Assembly: GCA_031411955.1 (NCBI GenBank)
Contig: JANOCC010000038.1
Span: 21,370-85,369, forward strand
Length of the DNA stretch: 64,000 nucleotides
Direction of reading: 5' to 3'
From: Ferruginibacter sp.
GTDB lineage: Bacteria; Bacteroidota; Bacteroidia; Chitinophagales; Chitinophagaceae
The notes under the pieces were generated by a model, which saw nothing but the letters and a program-made list of their open reading frames with translations, was not told the origin of the DNA and ran no database searches. Below, one piece after another: positions 48,328-58,495 of the stretch. Within the stretch, counting starts at the first letter, position 1. The number at the start of each line of letters is the position of its first letter. A program made the translations under genes and the position numbers.

Positions 48328-49527
48328 GTGCAGTCACTTACCCATCATAAACGCATCGATTCAATTGACATTGTAAGAGGCATGGCCATGGTAATCATGG
48401 CGCTGGATCATGTAAGAGACTACGTGCATATCAGTGCCAATATAGACGACCCGCTAAACCTTGCCAGTACCACGCCACTATTGTTTTTAACGAGATGGAT
48501 CACTCATTTTTGCGCACCCGTATTTGTATTTCTCTCCGGTACGTCTATCTATCTCCAAAGTTTACGAAAATCAAAAAAAGACCTTTCTTCTTTTTTAATT
48601 AAAAGGGGGCTCTGGCTGATTTTTGCAGAATTCTTTATTATTTCACTGGCATGGACCTTCAACCCTTTTTATAACGTTATTCCCATGCAGGTTATCTGGG
48701 CCATTGGCATCAGTATGGTTATATTAGGGCTGGTAATACATTTACCTTATAAGATCATTTTAATACTGGGTTTGCTTATCGTTGGCCTCCATAACCTGTT
48801 AGATATACCCGAAGCTGCGCCAGGCTTTAAAGCAGGATTTATCTGGAATCTATTACATCATGGCTTCTTTGTACCCTACGAATTTGCAAAAGGGCATTTT
48901 GCTTTAATTGTTTATCCATTTTTACCCTGGACGGGATTGATGATGCTGGGATATTGTTTTGGCATTTTTTTTACACCGGCTTATTCTGCATTGCAGAGAA
49001 GTATCATCATCGCGAAAACCGGGCTCGTGTTGATCCTCCTATTCATTCTACTGCGTTTTATAAATATTTATGGCGACCCGCTTACGTGGAGTAAGGAAAA
49101 AAATATGCTGCTAAGTTTCTTCTCCTTTATAAAAACAACTAAATATCCGCCTTCCTTACTTTACCTTTTAATGACCATTGGGCCGGCATTGATCATCTTA
49201 TCGTTGATGGAGCACATTAAAAATAAGTTTACAAATATGATGCTTGTGTTTGGCAGAACAGCTTTCTTTTACTACATACTGCATATTTACCTGATACACC
49301 TTATAGCAACGATCTTCTTTTTTGCAAGAGGTAACCATACTGTAAACGAAGCAGTAAAGTCTATGCAAAAATTACCTTTCCTGTTTGTTATACCTGGTGA
49401 AGGTTTTGGTTTAATGATCGTTTATCTTGTTTGGATGGCAGTAGTTATTATACTTTACCCGGTTTGTAAAAGCTACGACAGGTATAAAATAAATCATAAA
49501 GAAAAATGGTGGCTTAGCTATTTGTAA
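48328..49527 (+). CDS. DUF1624 / heparan-alpha-glucosaminide N-acetyltransferase-like polytopic membrane protein
   Basis: The N-terminal RIDSIDIVRGMAMVIMALDHVRDY is characteristic of the family. About 10 TM segments. Confidence 0.7.
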   Translation: MQSLTHHKRIDSIDIVRGMAMVIMALDHVRDYVHISANIDDPLNLASTTPLLFLTRWITHFCAPVFVFLSGTSIYLQSLRKSKKDLSSFLIKRGLWLIFAEFFIISLAWTFNPFYNVIPMQVIWAIGISMVILGLVIHLPYKIILILGLLIVGLHNLLDIPEAAPGFKAGFIWNLLHHGFFVPYEFAKGHFALIVYPFLPWTGLMMLGYCFGIFFTPAYSALQRSIIIAKTGLVLILLFILLRFINIYGDPLTWSKEKNMLLSFFSFIKTTKYPPSLLYLLMTIGPALIILSLMEHIKNKFTNMMLVFGRTAFFYYILHIYLIHLIATIFFFARGNHTVNEAVKSMQKLPFLFVIPGEGFGLMIVYLVWMAVVIILYPVCKSYDRYKINHKEKWWLSYL

Positions 49528-49701
49528 TAATGATGAAGAAGAAATTTCTATGTGTGCTTAAAATTTACAAAGCCCGGCTACCGTATTATATTATCTACGA
49601 TATTAAAGCCGGCAAATATGCCAGCACTTTTTCAATTTAAAAGAATGAGCGTTTGCAGAGTTTATAATAACCTTGTAGATTTAGGTATTATTAATTAATT
49701 T

Positions 49702-51102
49702 GTGTTAATGAGCCTGTCTCTCACCTCTTTTATCGTAAGCTTAGTATTATTTAAAAGGCTAGGCAAACTTGCCCGGTTAAACAAAGCCACACAACTGGAA
49801 AATATTTTCAGGATTGCTTTTTTTGCGTCTATCCTGCTGTTAGTGCTGGAGTCTACTTTTAAAATAGATTTTATAACAAAATGGATCTGGCACGCTGTAT
49901 TGGTTGCTTCCATCCTGTTTTCAATAAAACAAGATAAAAGCTTTATTCCACGGATGCTCATCTGGGCATTTGTTCCAGCTATAGTTATCAATTTGATATT
50001 CGATTTAACAGAAGTTATAAACCAAGAATTTTTTAATAAATGGGATCTCTATTTTAACAATGCTGTTGGTCTTTCATTAATATGGCTGGCTGCCATTATT
50101 TTTAGCCAGAACCGGCAGGCAAAGCAAATGGAAAAAGAACGCGTTAAAAAAATGCAGGAAGATGAACTTAACCGTGCAATTGCCATCAGAAAAGTGGAAC
50201 TGGAAGGATTGGTAGTTGAACGAACATCAGAACTTACCCGCCAAAAAGAAGAATTACAGCATGCCCTTACTGATCTTCGTACTACTCAAAGCCAACTCAT
50301 ACAATCAGAAAAAATGGCCTCACTGGGTGAATTAACGGCAGGGATCGCCCATGAAATTCAAAATCCGTTAAATTTCGTCAATAACTTTTCAGAACTTAAT
50401 GGAGAACTTATAGAAGAACTAAAACTTGAAAAACAAAAACCGGTAAATGAAAGGGATGATGAACTGGAAAAACAACTGCTGCAGGATATTTCACAAAATC
50501 TTGAAAAAATAAATCATCATGGCAGAAGGGCAGATGCAATCGTTAAGGGAATGCTCCAACATAGCCGAAGCAGCACTTCAGTAAAAGAACCAACAGATAT
50601 AAATGCACTGGCAGATGAATACCTTAGGCTAAGTTACCATGGATTAAGGTCAAAAGACAAATCATTCAATGCAACATTAAAAACTGATTTTGATGAAAGT
50701 ATTGGAAAGATCAGCATCATTGCCCAGGATGTTGGAAGGGTTATCCTTAATCTTTTAACCAATGCATTTTATGCAGTTGCAGAAAAGAAAAAACAACAGG
50801 GTACTTTAATTGATATTAATAGCGGCACAGCAGATAAAACGTACGAGCCTACCGTTACGGTAGGTACAAAAAAATCAGGTAATTTTATTGAGATCAGCGT
50901 GCAGGATAATGGCTCGGGCATTCCGCAAAAAGCACTGGAAAAGATCTTTCAACCGTTCTTCACTACCAAACCTACTGGTAAGGGAACAGGGCTGGGATTG
51001 AGTTTAAGTTATGATATTGTTACCAAAGGGCATAATGGCCAATTGTTGGTAAATACAACAGAAGGTGTAGGCACCACATTCACTATTAAATTACCTTGGT
51101 GA
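49702..51102 (+). CDS. Membrane sensor histidine kinase (polytopic N-terminal domain, coiled coil, HisKA and HATPase)
   Basis: QSEKMASLGELTAGIAHEIQNPL (H-box), LNLLTNAFYA (N-box), and DNGSGI and GKGTGLGLSLS (G-boxes). Confidence 0.9.
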   Translation: MLMSLSLTSFIVSLVLFKRLGKLARLNKATQLENIFRIAFFASILLLVLESTFKIDFITKWIWHAVLVASILFSIKQDKSFIPRMLIWAFVPAIVINLIFDLTEVINQEFFNKWDLYFNNAVGLSLIWLAAIIFSQNRQAKQMEKERVKKMQEDELNRAIAIRKVELEGLVVERTSELTRQKEELQHALTDLRTTQSQLIQSEKMASLGELTAGIAHEIQNPLNFVNNFSELNGELIEELKLEKQKPVNERDDELEKQLLQDISQNLEKINHHGRRADAIVKGMLQHSRSSTSVKEPTDINALADEYLRLSYHGLRSKDKSFNATLKTDFDESIGKISIIAQDVGRVILNLLTNAFYAVAEKKKQQGTLIDINSGTADKTYEPTVTVGTKKSGNFIEISVQDNGSGIPQKALEKIFQPFFTTKPTGKGTGLGLSLSYDIVTKGHNGQLLVNTTEGVGTTFTIKLPW

Positions 51103-51187
51103 GGCAGAGAAAAAAGGCTTGCCGGAAAACTGGATAACTATTAATATATCTTTGACTATATTACTTCTTAAGCAAAAAAATTAAACC

Positions 51188-51565
51188 GTGAAAATATTAG
51201 TTGTAGACGACGAAAAAGATGTTCAGGTACTTTTTGAACAGCGTTTCAGAAAAGAGATAAGGAGTGGCGAAATTGAATTAGCGTTTGCATTTTCCGGTGA
51301 AGAGGCATTGCTGTTTTTGAATGATCACGAACATGAAGCGGTGCTCATCCTTTCGGATATTAATATGCCGGGAATGAGTGGGTTAGATCTATTACAGCAT
51401 ATCAAAGAAAAATATGAAAAACCTCCTCCTGTTGTAATGATGATTACCGCATACGGAGATGATGAAAATTATAACCATGCCATGAAACTGGGGGCAGACG
51501 ATTTTTTAACCAAACCGGTTGACTTTAACTCTTTGAAAGAAAAATTAAAAACACGCCTTGGATGA
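51188..51565 (+). CDS. Stand-alone receiver-domain response regulator (CheY-like); GTG start
   Basis: ILVVDDE...LILSDINMPGMSG...ITAYGD...KP, in a 125-aa protein. Confidence 0.85.
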   Translation: MKILVVDDEKDVQVLFEQRFRKEIRSGEIELAFAFSGEEALLFLNDHEHEAVLILSDINMPGMSGLDLLQHIKEKYEKPPPVVMMITAYGDDENYNHAMKLGADDFLTKPVDFNSLKEKLKTRLG

Positions 51566-52593
51566 CAAAGATATTAGTAGCAGATGACGAAGCCGACCTG
51601 GAAGTGCTGATCAGGCAAAAATTCCGGCAAAAAATACGGGAACAGAAATATGAATTCATATTTGCAATAAATGGCAATGATGCTTTGGAAAAAATTCTGT
51701 TACACCCGGACGTGGATATTGTGTTAAGCGATATTAATATGCCGGAAATGGATGGACTTACCTTATTGAGCCGGCTAGCCGAAGCAAGCCCTTTAATTAA
51801 AGCTGTGATGGTATCGGCTTACGGCGATATGGACAATATAAGAACTGCAATGAACCGCGGTGCTTTCGATTTTGTAACAAAGCCTGTAAATTTTGAAGAC
51901 CTGGAACTTACGATGGAAAAAACCATCACACATGTAAAGCAACTGAGGGAAACATTAAAAGCTATCAAGGAAAATAATATCCTTAAAATGTACGTGGATG
52001 AAAATGTGCTCAACTTCATGGGAGGAAGAGAATACGAATCTTCCCTAATGGCAAATGAAACCATTGAAGCTTCTGTAGCTTTTATTGATATCTGCAGTTT
52101 TACTTCTATCAGTGAAACTGAAACACCTGATAAAGTTGTGAATCTGCTGAACCAGTATTTTGATATTATGGTAAAAGAGATCATCGCACAAAATGGCATC
52201 ATTGATAAATTCATCGGCGATTGTGTGATGGCTGTTTTTAAAGGGCCTTATCATTTAGACAAGGCGATAGATGCCTGTATCGCCATCAGAAACAAAATTG
52301 AGTCGTTGCCTGTTACTGATGGATTTTTACCCAAGGTTTCCATTGGCATAAACAGTGGAGAAATGATCTCGGGTAATATTGGGTCTGCTACCCTTCGCAG
52401 GTTGGATTATACGGTAATTGGAGACACAGTAAATATTGCTCAACGGCTGCAAAGTACCGCAGGCATCAGCCAGATTGTAATTTCAGAAAAGAGCTATGAA
52501 AAAGTAAAGCTTTCGTTTAATTGCAAAAAAATTGGAAGTGTTAAGCTGAAAAACAAATCAGATGAAGTAATGATATACGAGGTACTGAATTGA
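51562..52593 (+). CDS. Response regulator with class III adenylate/guanylate cyclase output domain
   Basis: The receiver reads ILVADDE...VLSDINMPEMDG...KP. The cyclase motifs are FIDICSFTS, KFIGDCVMAVF, GINSGEMISGNIG and YTVIGDTVNIAQRL. It overlaps the preceding receiver gene by 4 nt. Confidence 0.85.
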   Translation: MTKILVADDEADLEVLIRQKFRQKIREQKYEFIFAINGNDALEKILLHPDVDIVLSDINMPEMDGLTLLSRLAEASPLIKAVMVSAYGDMDNIRTAMNRGAFDFVTKPVNFEDLELTMEKTITHVKQLRETLKAIKENNILKMYVDENVLNFMGGREYESSLMANETIEASVAFIDICSFTSISETETPDKVVNLLNQYFDIMVKEIIAQNGIIDKFIGDCVMAVFKGPYHLDKAIDACIAIRNKIESLPVTDGFLPKVSIGINSGEMISGNIGSATLRRLDYTVIGDTVNIAQRLQSTAGISQIVISEKSYEKVKLSFNCKKIGSVKLKNKSDEVMIYEVLN

Positions 52594-52606
52594 GCTTTCA
52601 TTTATG

Positions 52607-54172
52607 TCAATTACATTCATAATCCAATACTTCCAGTACTTTATCATAAAATGCTTTTGCCCGCTGCGGGCTGCTGCCTACGCAAACAAGCCCAAGTTTA
52701 CCAAATTCCGACAATGCGCCCACAAGGTGAAACATCACTCCTTCCTGGGCAGCGCCATCATACATAAGTGAATTAAATGTGGCAATATCTATAAGATCGT
52801 GGGGCGTTAAGCCAATATACTTTTCGTTAAATACATTATCGGAAGCAAAATAAAATCTTTGATTGCCACTTGCCGTGAAAAATGTTCCTGATTCAGCATT
52901 ATAATTCCCATCTGTAAGAAACTGTAACATCAGGTACGGGTGTGTGGTTCCTCCTTTTCTTAAATTTATCTCTATCGCAAAATGTTTCCAGGTTCCGTCT
53001 TGCTGTTTTACAGAAATAAAATCAATCGCAAATCTTCCCATCACCCCTTTTTCGAGTAAATGTTGTGAAATTTTTTTTCCTGCATTGGCAATATCAATGC
53101 TATAATCCGGATGGGCAGGAAAAACAGCTCCAATAAATATCTGACCTTCATCTCCGCCCAGCAACTGGTCGTGTGTACTGGCAATATCTATCCGGCCATT
53201 TGGGTTGATAACACATTGAACAGAAGGAGACATTTTTATTTCCCCTTCCAGGAAAACTTCAACGATACCACCCATCTCTTTAAATTTTTCAAAAAACAAT
53301 TGCTCCGTTACCTCGTGGGAAACAGGCTTTAGTTGTTCCTTTAATGAACCGGCTATATTTTGTTGAAGCTGCTCATCTATTTCCAATACGGGATAATGGT
53401 AAATAGCATTTCCGTCTCCGCTAAAACCATCGTTCATTTTTACAACTGCTTTACGCATCGCAGGATACTTCCGCTTCAGATCTGCCAGTGCTTTCGAAAT
53501 ATCTGCTGTTGTATGAAGGTCTTCAACACCATCGGGAAGATCTACACCGCTGGCCCTGAAAGTTTTCCTGCTGCCGGATTTGGAACCTTCATAAAATTTA
53601 TCGGGATCTGTGCCAAATAATGGTATACCCAATTGAACAGCCAGGGTTTTCTCGAGGCCGGTGATATTATAACAGGTTAAATGAGCAGAAGCGGCATCTG
53701 GTATATGCTTCCGTAATTGTTCTATCAATCTCGGCCTGTCTAATATTTTTTGTGTGAGTGGTTTACTTGAAGAATCAAAGCAGCTTACCTGAACAAGTCT
53801 TTTGCGGGCATGGTATCCCGTTATGCCCGGCAACAAGTGGAGGTAATAATCTATTATCACATCGGCAATGGGTACACTGGATATATATATGATCTTTGTA
53901 AGCGGCATCCGCAATAGCATCAGCAGGCAAAGCATTCGCTCTTCGTAATGAACCGATCCTTTTATCTTGGAGAGAATTTCCTGGTCGAGTGTTAAAGATG
54001 GCAATATTACAACTGTACGGGCAGCCAGCTTATCAGGAAAGATAGTTTCAAACTGGTTATAAAGTGTTACTTGTAGTTCCTTAAAAGCAGCTTTCTCTTC
54101 CGCTGAACCTGGCTTCGGAAATTCGGCATTTTTAATAAATGATTTTCTTCCATTAACTGATGGCACATCCAT
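52607..54172 (-). CDS. ATP-grasp-fold protein related to the PGM1 family of peptide ligases (pre-ATP-grasp plus ATP-grasp)
   Basis: The family pattern as I recall it: VVILPSLTLDQE...HYEERMLCLLMLLRMP...IYISS.PI...IDYYL.LLPG...HARKRL, followed by an ATP-grasp-like core. Not verified by a search. Confidence 0.5.
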   Translation of the reverse strand: MDVPSVNGRKSFIKNAEFPKPGSAEEKAAFKELQVTLYNQFETIFPDKLAARTVVILPSLTLDQEILSKIKGSVHYEERMLCLLMLLRMPLTKIIYISSVPIADVIIDYYLHLLPGITGYHARKRLVQVSCFDSSSKPLTQKILDRPRLIEQLRKHIPDAASAHLTCYNITGLEKTLAVQLGIPLFGTDPDKFYEGSKSGSRKTFRASGVDLPDGVEDLHTTADISKALADLKRKYPAMRKAVVKMNDGFSGDGNAIYHYPVLEIDEQLQQNIAGSLKEQLKPVSHEVTEQLFFEKFKEMGGIVEVFLEGEIKMSPSVQCVINPNGRIDIASTHDQLLGGDEGQIFIGAVFPAHPDYSIDIANAGKKISQHLLEKGVMGRFAIDFISVKQQDGTWKHFAIEINLRKGGTTHPYLMLQFLTDGNYNAESGTFFTASGNQRFYFASDNVFNEKYIGLTPHDLIDIATFNSLMYDGAAQEGVMFHLVGALSEFGKLGLVCVGSSPQRAKAFYDKVLEVLDYECN

Positions 54173-54316
54173 AAAAGCAGTTCTTTTTTACAGAAAGTTA
54201 AGAAATAAAATGATTGCTTAAAAAAGGCTTATGATCGTTGTGATATACATCTTCATTCAGCAATCATGTTTCTTCAGATAATTCCTGAACTGGCAGCAAT
54301 GAAGAGGCTCTTACTA

Positions 54317-55720
54317 TTAACCCAACCCTATTTCGCTGTGCCTTTCTGGTATTTCAACATCCAGGTAGCCTTTCCTTATCAGCCTATTCCTGAAATCCTG
54401 CTGCACCGGGAATTCGCCGTGAACAAGAAATAATTTTTTAACCTGTGCAGGATCCTGGCAACCTAAAAATTGCATTAAATCATCATAATCACCATGGGCA
54501 CTCATACTGCGCATCTCCCCTATTGCTGCATTCACTTCATGCATTTGACCAAAGATGCCCACTTCCTGTGGGTGGCGCATTAACCTACCGCCTAAGGAAT
54601 TGGGTTCACAATAACCTGTTAACACAATAGCGTTTCTGCTATTTTCTATATTGTTACTTATATGATGCTTTACCCTTCCTGCGTCTGCCATACCACTTGC
54701 AGAAATAATTACACAAGGTTCTTTATAATAATTAAGCATCTTGGATTCATCAACAGATGTTATCAATTTTAAACCTCTGAACGAAAACGGATCATCATCG
54801 CGAAGCAATACCTGTTGTATCCTTTTATTAAAATACTGAGGATATCTTTTTACTAATTCTGTTGCTTTGATACTTAACGGACTATCCAGGAAAACCGGAA
54901 CATCAGGCAATCGGTTTTCAAGTTCCAACTGGTTAAGTGTATATAATAATTCCTGGGTACGGCCAACGCTGAATGCAGGTAAAATGAGTTTCCCTTTTTT
55001 CTTAATACATGTTTTTTCGATCCATTCCAGTAATACATCAGCAGTTGGATGATGTTCATCATGCAGGCTGTTTCCATAAGTTGATTCCAGCAAAATATAA
55101 TTTGCCTGTGGAAAAACAGCTGGAGATTTAAGTATAAGATCACGGTACCTGCCTACATCACCACTAAAAGTGATGGTAGATTTTTTATTATTAATATTTA
55201 TTCGCAAATTAACAACAGCACTGCCAATAATATGCCCTGCATCTGTATAATAAAGTTCGAAGCCTTCTTCAATCTGGAACCAAGAGGCATACTCCACAAC
55301 AATAAACCTATTGGCGGCTATCATGGCATCTTCAGTTGTATAAAGCGGTTTCAAATAAGACAGCCCCTGCAAGGCTCTTTTTTTATTTGCGTACTTAATA
55401 TCACTTTCCTGGATGCCTGCAGAATCTTCCATTAAAATTGAGGCAAGATCTTTTGTAGCTGGAGTAGCATAGATGTAACCTTTGTAACCGTCCTTTATCA
55501 GTTTCGGTATCAACCCGCAATGATCTATATGCGCATGTGATAAAATAAGGTAGTCTATCTCTGATGGTTCAAAGCCCCAATCCCGGTTTAATTCATCTGT
55601 TTCATCTCCCATCCCCTGAAACAAGCCGCAATCAAGCAATACTTTTTTACCATTATCGAGTGTGAGCAAATGTTTGGAACCCGTTACAGTTCTTGCTGCC
55701 CCATGGAATGCAATCTTCAT
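54317..55720 (-). CDS. Metallo-beta-lactamase fold beta-CASP family RNA-processing nuclease
   Basis: LSHAHIDHCG (HxHxDH), beta-CASP-like spacing and the late SAHGD motif. The protein is 467 aa. Confidence 0.8.
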   Translation of the reverse strand: MKIAFHGAARTVTGSKHLLTLDNGKKVLLDCGLFQGMGDETDELNRDWGFEPSEIDYLILSHAHIDHCGLIPKLIKDGYKGYIYATPATKDLASILMEDSAGIQESDIKYANKKRALQGLSYLKPLYTTEDAMIAANRFIVVEYASWFQIEEGFELYYTDAGHIIGSAVVNLRININNKKSTITFSGDVGRYRDLILKSPAVFPQANYILLESTYGNSLHDEHHPTADVLLEWIEKTCIKKKGKLILPAFSVGRTQELLYTLNQLELENRLPDVPVFLDSPLSIKATELVKRYPQYFNKRIQQVLLRDDDPFSFRGLKLITSVDESKMLNYYKEPCVIISASGMADAGRVKHHISNNIENSRNAIVLTGYCEPNSLGGRLMRHPQEVGIFGQMHEVNAAIGEMRSMSAHGDYDDLMQFLGCQDPAQVKKLFLVHGEFPVQQDFRNRLIRKGYLDVEIPERHSEIGLG

Positions 55721-55749
55721 GATTTGTAATTTTTAGTAAGTTAATCAAT

Positions 55750-56934
55750 TTACAGCAAGCCATAATCCTGTACAGCCAACCAGGCCATCATTCCAATACC
55801 GTGTTCGATAGCCTGTTCATCTATATCAAACGTTGGAGTATGAACGCCACTGCTGATATTCTTCGCTTTGTTACCAACACCGAGCCTGAAAAAACAACCG
55901 GGTATCAGGTGAGAGTAATATCCAAAATCTTCTGCGCCCATCCTCAATTCCGTTTCCGAAACATTTTCTGCACCCGCATAGCTGGCAGCAGCAATTGCGG
56001 CGGTTTTACTTAATGCCACATCATTTAACACAAATGGATATCCAACATCAATGCGTATATCTATTTCTGCTCCCATCGCCTGTACCAGTTCTTTGGATTG
56101 CTTAATGATAAGATCATGTGCTATAAAACGCCACGCTTCATTCATTGCCCTGAATGTTCCCATTAGTTTTACTTCGGAGGGAATTACATTGGTACTATTA
56201 CCACCCTGGAAAGAACATATTGAAAGTACAGAAGGATTAAACGGATCATTGTTGCGGCTGATTATCTGCTGCAGGCTTACGATAAGTTGCGAAGCTATTA
56301 AAATGGTATCGGCAGTAAATTGCGGCGCTGCTGCATGCCCTCCTTTACTTTTAATGCTGATATAGATCTCATCTGCACTGGCCATTACCATACCGCCCCG
56401 AAAACTAAAAGTGCCCACTTCCATACCAGGATGTACATGCAAAGCGAATATTTTTTGTGGGGCAGGATTTTGTAATACGCCTTCCTTTATCAGCAGACTG
56501 GCACCACCCGGATTTTTTTCTTCGCCAGGCTGAAAGATCAGCTTAACTGTTCCCTTCCACTCCGATTTTAACTCTTTTAAAATTTTTGCCGCACCCAATA
56601 AACAGGTGGTATGCACATCATGCCCACAGGCATGCATGATCCCTTCATTAAGTGATTTATAAGCAACATTATTTTGTTCAGTAATTGGCAAGGCATCCAT
56701 ATCAGCTCTTAAGGCAATTATGCGTGACGCCGGCTCTTTTGCCTCGATCAATCCAATTACACCGGTAGTTGCTTTAACTTCAAAGGGAATACCAAGGCCT
56801 GTTAACTGTTGTTGAATGTAGCGGGAAGTTTCAAACTCTTCGTAACTTAATTCGGGATGCGCATGAAGATGATGGCGAACGTTAATAAATTCAGGAGCAA
56901 ATTTTGCAGCAAGCACTTTTATCTTTTCCAGCAT
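55750..56934 (-). CDS. M20-family amidohydrolase (N-acyl-L-amino acid amidohydrolase / hippuricase-like)
   Basis: HACGHDVH and the FQPGEE metal ligands, in a 394-aa protein. Confidence 0.85.
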   Translation of the reverse strand: MLEKIKVLAAKFAPEFINVRHHLHAHPELSYEEFETSRYIQQQLTGLGIPFEVKATTGVIGLIEAKEPASRIIALRADMDALPITEQNNVAYKSLNEGIMHACGHDVHTTCLLGAAKILKELKSEWKGTVKLIFQPGEEKNPGGASLLIKEGVLQNPAPQKIFALHVHPGMEVGTFSFRGGMVMASADEIYISIKSKGGHAAAPQFTADTILIASQLIVSLQQIISRNNDPFNPSVLSICSFQGGNSTNVIPSEVKLMGTFRAMNEAWRFIAHDLIIKQSKELVQAMGAEIDIRIDVGYPFVLNDVALSKTAAIAAASYAGAENVSETELRMGAEDFGYYSHLIPGCFFRLGVGNKAKNISSGVHTPTFDIDEQAIEHGIGMMAWLAVQDYGLL

Positions 56935-57154
56935 GGTTTAAGTTAACATATTTTTGGAAGATATGAATGATAATAAATATAACAGAATGAGGAAAACAAG
57001 CCAACATTCACAAACTGCCTCTTAATACAAATTTTCATTTTGGTTTTACTTCCTGATATTCATCCTGAACTATTGCAGCAATCTACGCAAGCAACTAATA
57101 ATTTATAAAACAGATCGTTTGAATAATCAAATTAATCATTTTATAAACCAATTA

Positions 57155-57616
57155 TCATTCTTCTATTGAAGGAACTTTTGTTTTATCAGGTTTCGTTTCC
57201 ACCATCTCGGGCACAATGTAAATATTTCCATTAATCACTTTTGCCTGGGCCAGCGTTTTTCTCATTTTTTCTGCATCTTCCTTCTCAATGAAATTTCCAA
57301 ATTTAAGCCTTATGTAAGGCGACTGGAAAGTCATGTACACATTATGTTCGGGATACTGTTGCATCAATTGCGAACGAAGTTGCATTGCCTGCGTCCTGTC
57401 TGTGGTGCTTAACAACATTAATCGATAACCTTTTACCAGGTGTATCTTATTAGCAAGGCTTTCATTATATTCTGCCATTTTTTTCCCCAGCAGGTCAATT
57501 CGTTCATCTTTTACAATTGTTACGGTTCCACGAATAACGGAATCAATATTATTGGATTGGGAAAAAACTGTTATTGTAAAAATATTGATCAATAATACCA
57601 GGAAATATTTCTTCAT
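57155..57616 (-). CDS. SPOR-domain (peptidoglycan-binding) protein with signal peptide
   Basis: The C-terminal GYRLMLLSTTDRTQAMQLRSQLMQQYP...YIRLKFGNFIEKEDAEKM fits the SPOR fold pattern. Confidence 0.65.
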   Translation of the reverse strand: MKKYFLVLLINIFTITVFSQSNNIDSVIRGTVTIVKDERIDLLGKKMAEYNESLANKIHLVKGYRLMLLSTTDRTQAMQLRSQLMQQYPEHNVYMTFQSPYIRLKFGNFIEKEDAEKMRKTLAQAKVINGNIYIVPEMVETKPDKTKVPSIEE

Positions 57617-57661
57617 TACTATAATTTATTTTATAAATCTATTTTCAAAAATCATTCCGCC

Positions 57662-58321
57662 TTAAGCATTTTGTATTTCTTTAACAGAATTCACTTTATT
57701 AAGATACGCAATCCTGTCCGCTCCCGCCTGCTTCAGATTCATGACCTTATATTTATGGATCTCTTCGTATACATAAATTATTTCAACAGCATTAGCCAGG
57801 TGTTTGCGGATCAATGCCAGCTTTTCAATTGTAACTGCATCATTTGAAAATCCTGTTGCTGTTTTTATAAAATTAATTCCTGCAGCTCCATAAATATCGC
57901 AGCAGGCAATAATTTCTTCGTCATTTAAAGAGCCTGCCTCTATGATAACTACAAGAGATCTTTCACTTTTTCTAACTACGGCGAGCAGCGTATTTAATTC
58001 TCTTGCAAGATATTGCCAATCTTTATTTTTAACTGCAATAAGGTTAATCATCATATGGATCTCGTCGGCACCATCTACAATGGCCAATACTGCTTCAGCC
58101 AGTTTTGATTCTATGGCATTGTACCCCAAGGGGAAACCTACAACCGCAGCGGTTTTTACCCCGGTTAATGAGATAAGGGATTTGGCCAGCTTTACATACA
58201 TCGGCGGCAAACAAATTACCGCGGCATTGGTATCCACAGCATTGTTACAAAATTCTTTTATCTCTGCTATGCTGGTTACAGACGCTAACAAGCCCAGTTC
58301 GGTGTAAGGCATACTATCCAT
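57662..58321 (-). CDS. deoC: Deoxyribose-phosphate aldolase
   Basis: 219 aa with the Schiff-base lysine context FIKTATGF and TIM-barrel spacing. Confidence 0.8.
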   Translation of the reverse strand: MDSMPYTELGLLASVTSIAEIKEFCNNAVDTNAAVICLPPMYVKLAKSLISLTGVKTAAVVGFPLGYNAIESKLAEAVLAIVDGADEIHMMINLIAVKNKDWQYLARELNTLLAVVRKSERSLVVIIEAGSLNDEEIIACCDIYGAAGINFIKTATGFSNDAVTIEKLALIRKHLANAVEIIYVYEEIHKYKVMNLKQAGADRIAYLNKVNSVKEIQNA

Positions 58322-58495
58322 GCCGCAAAAATACCTACAAATACATGCATCTGGTACATTATTGACGCTAAAAATAGCAACTTTTTACATATACATTTGT
58401 TTATTTAAACTACTTAAGCCATTGCGGATGTAAACGAGGCAGCGTGAAGCGACGATTAAAAAAAGATTTTATTACATTTACCAAAACTGTCCGGT

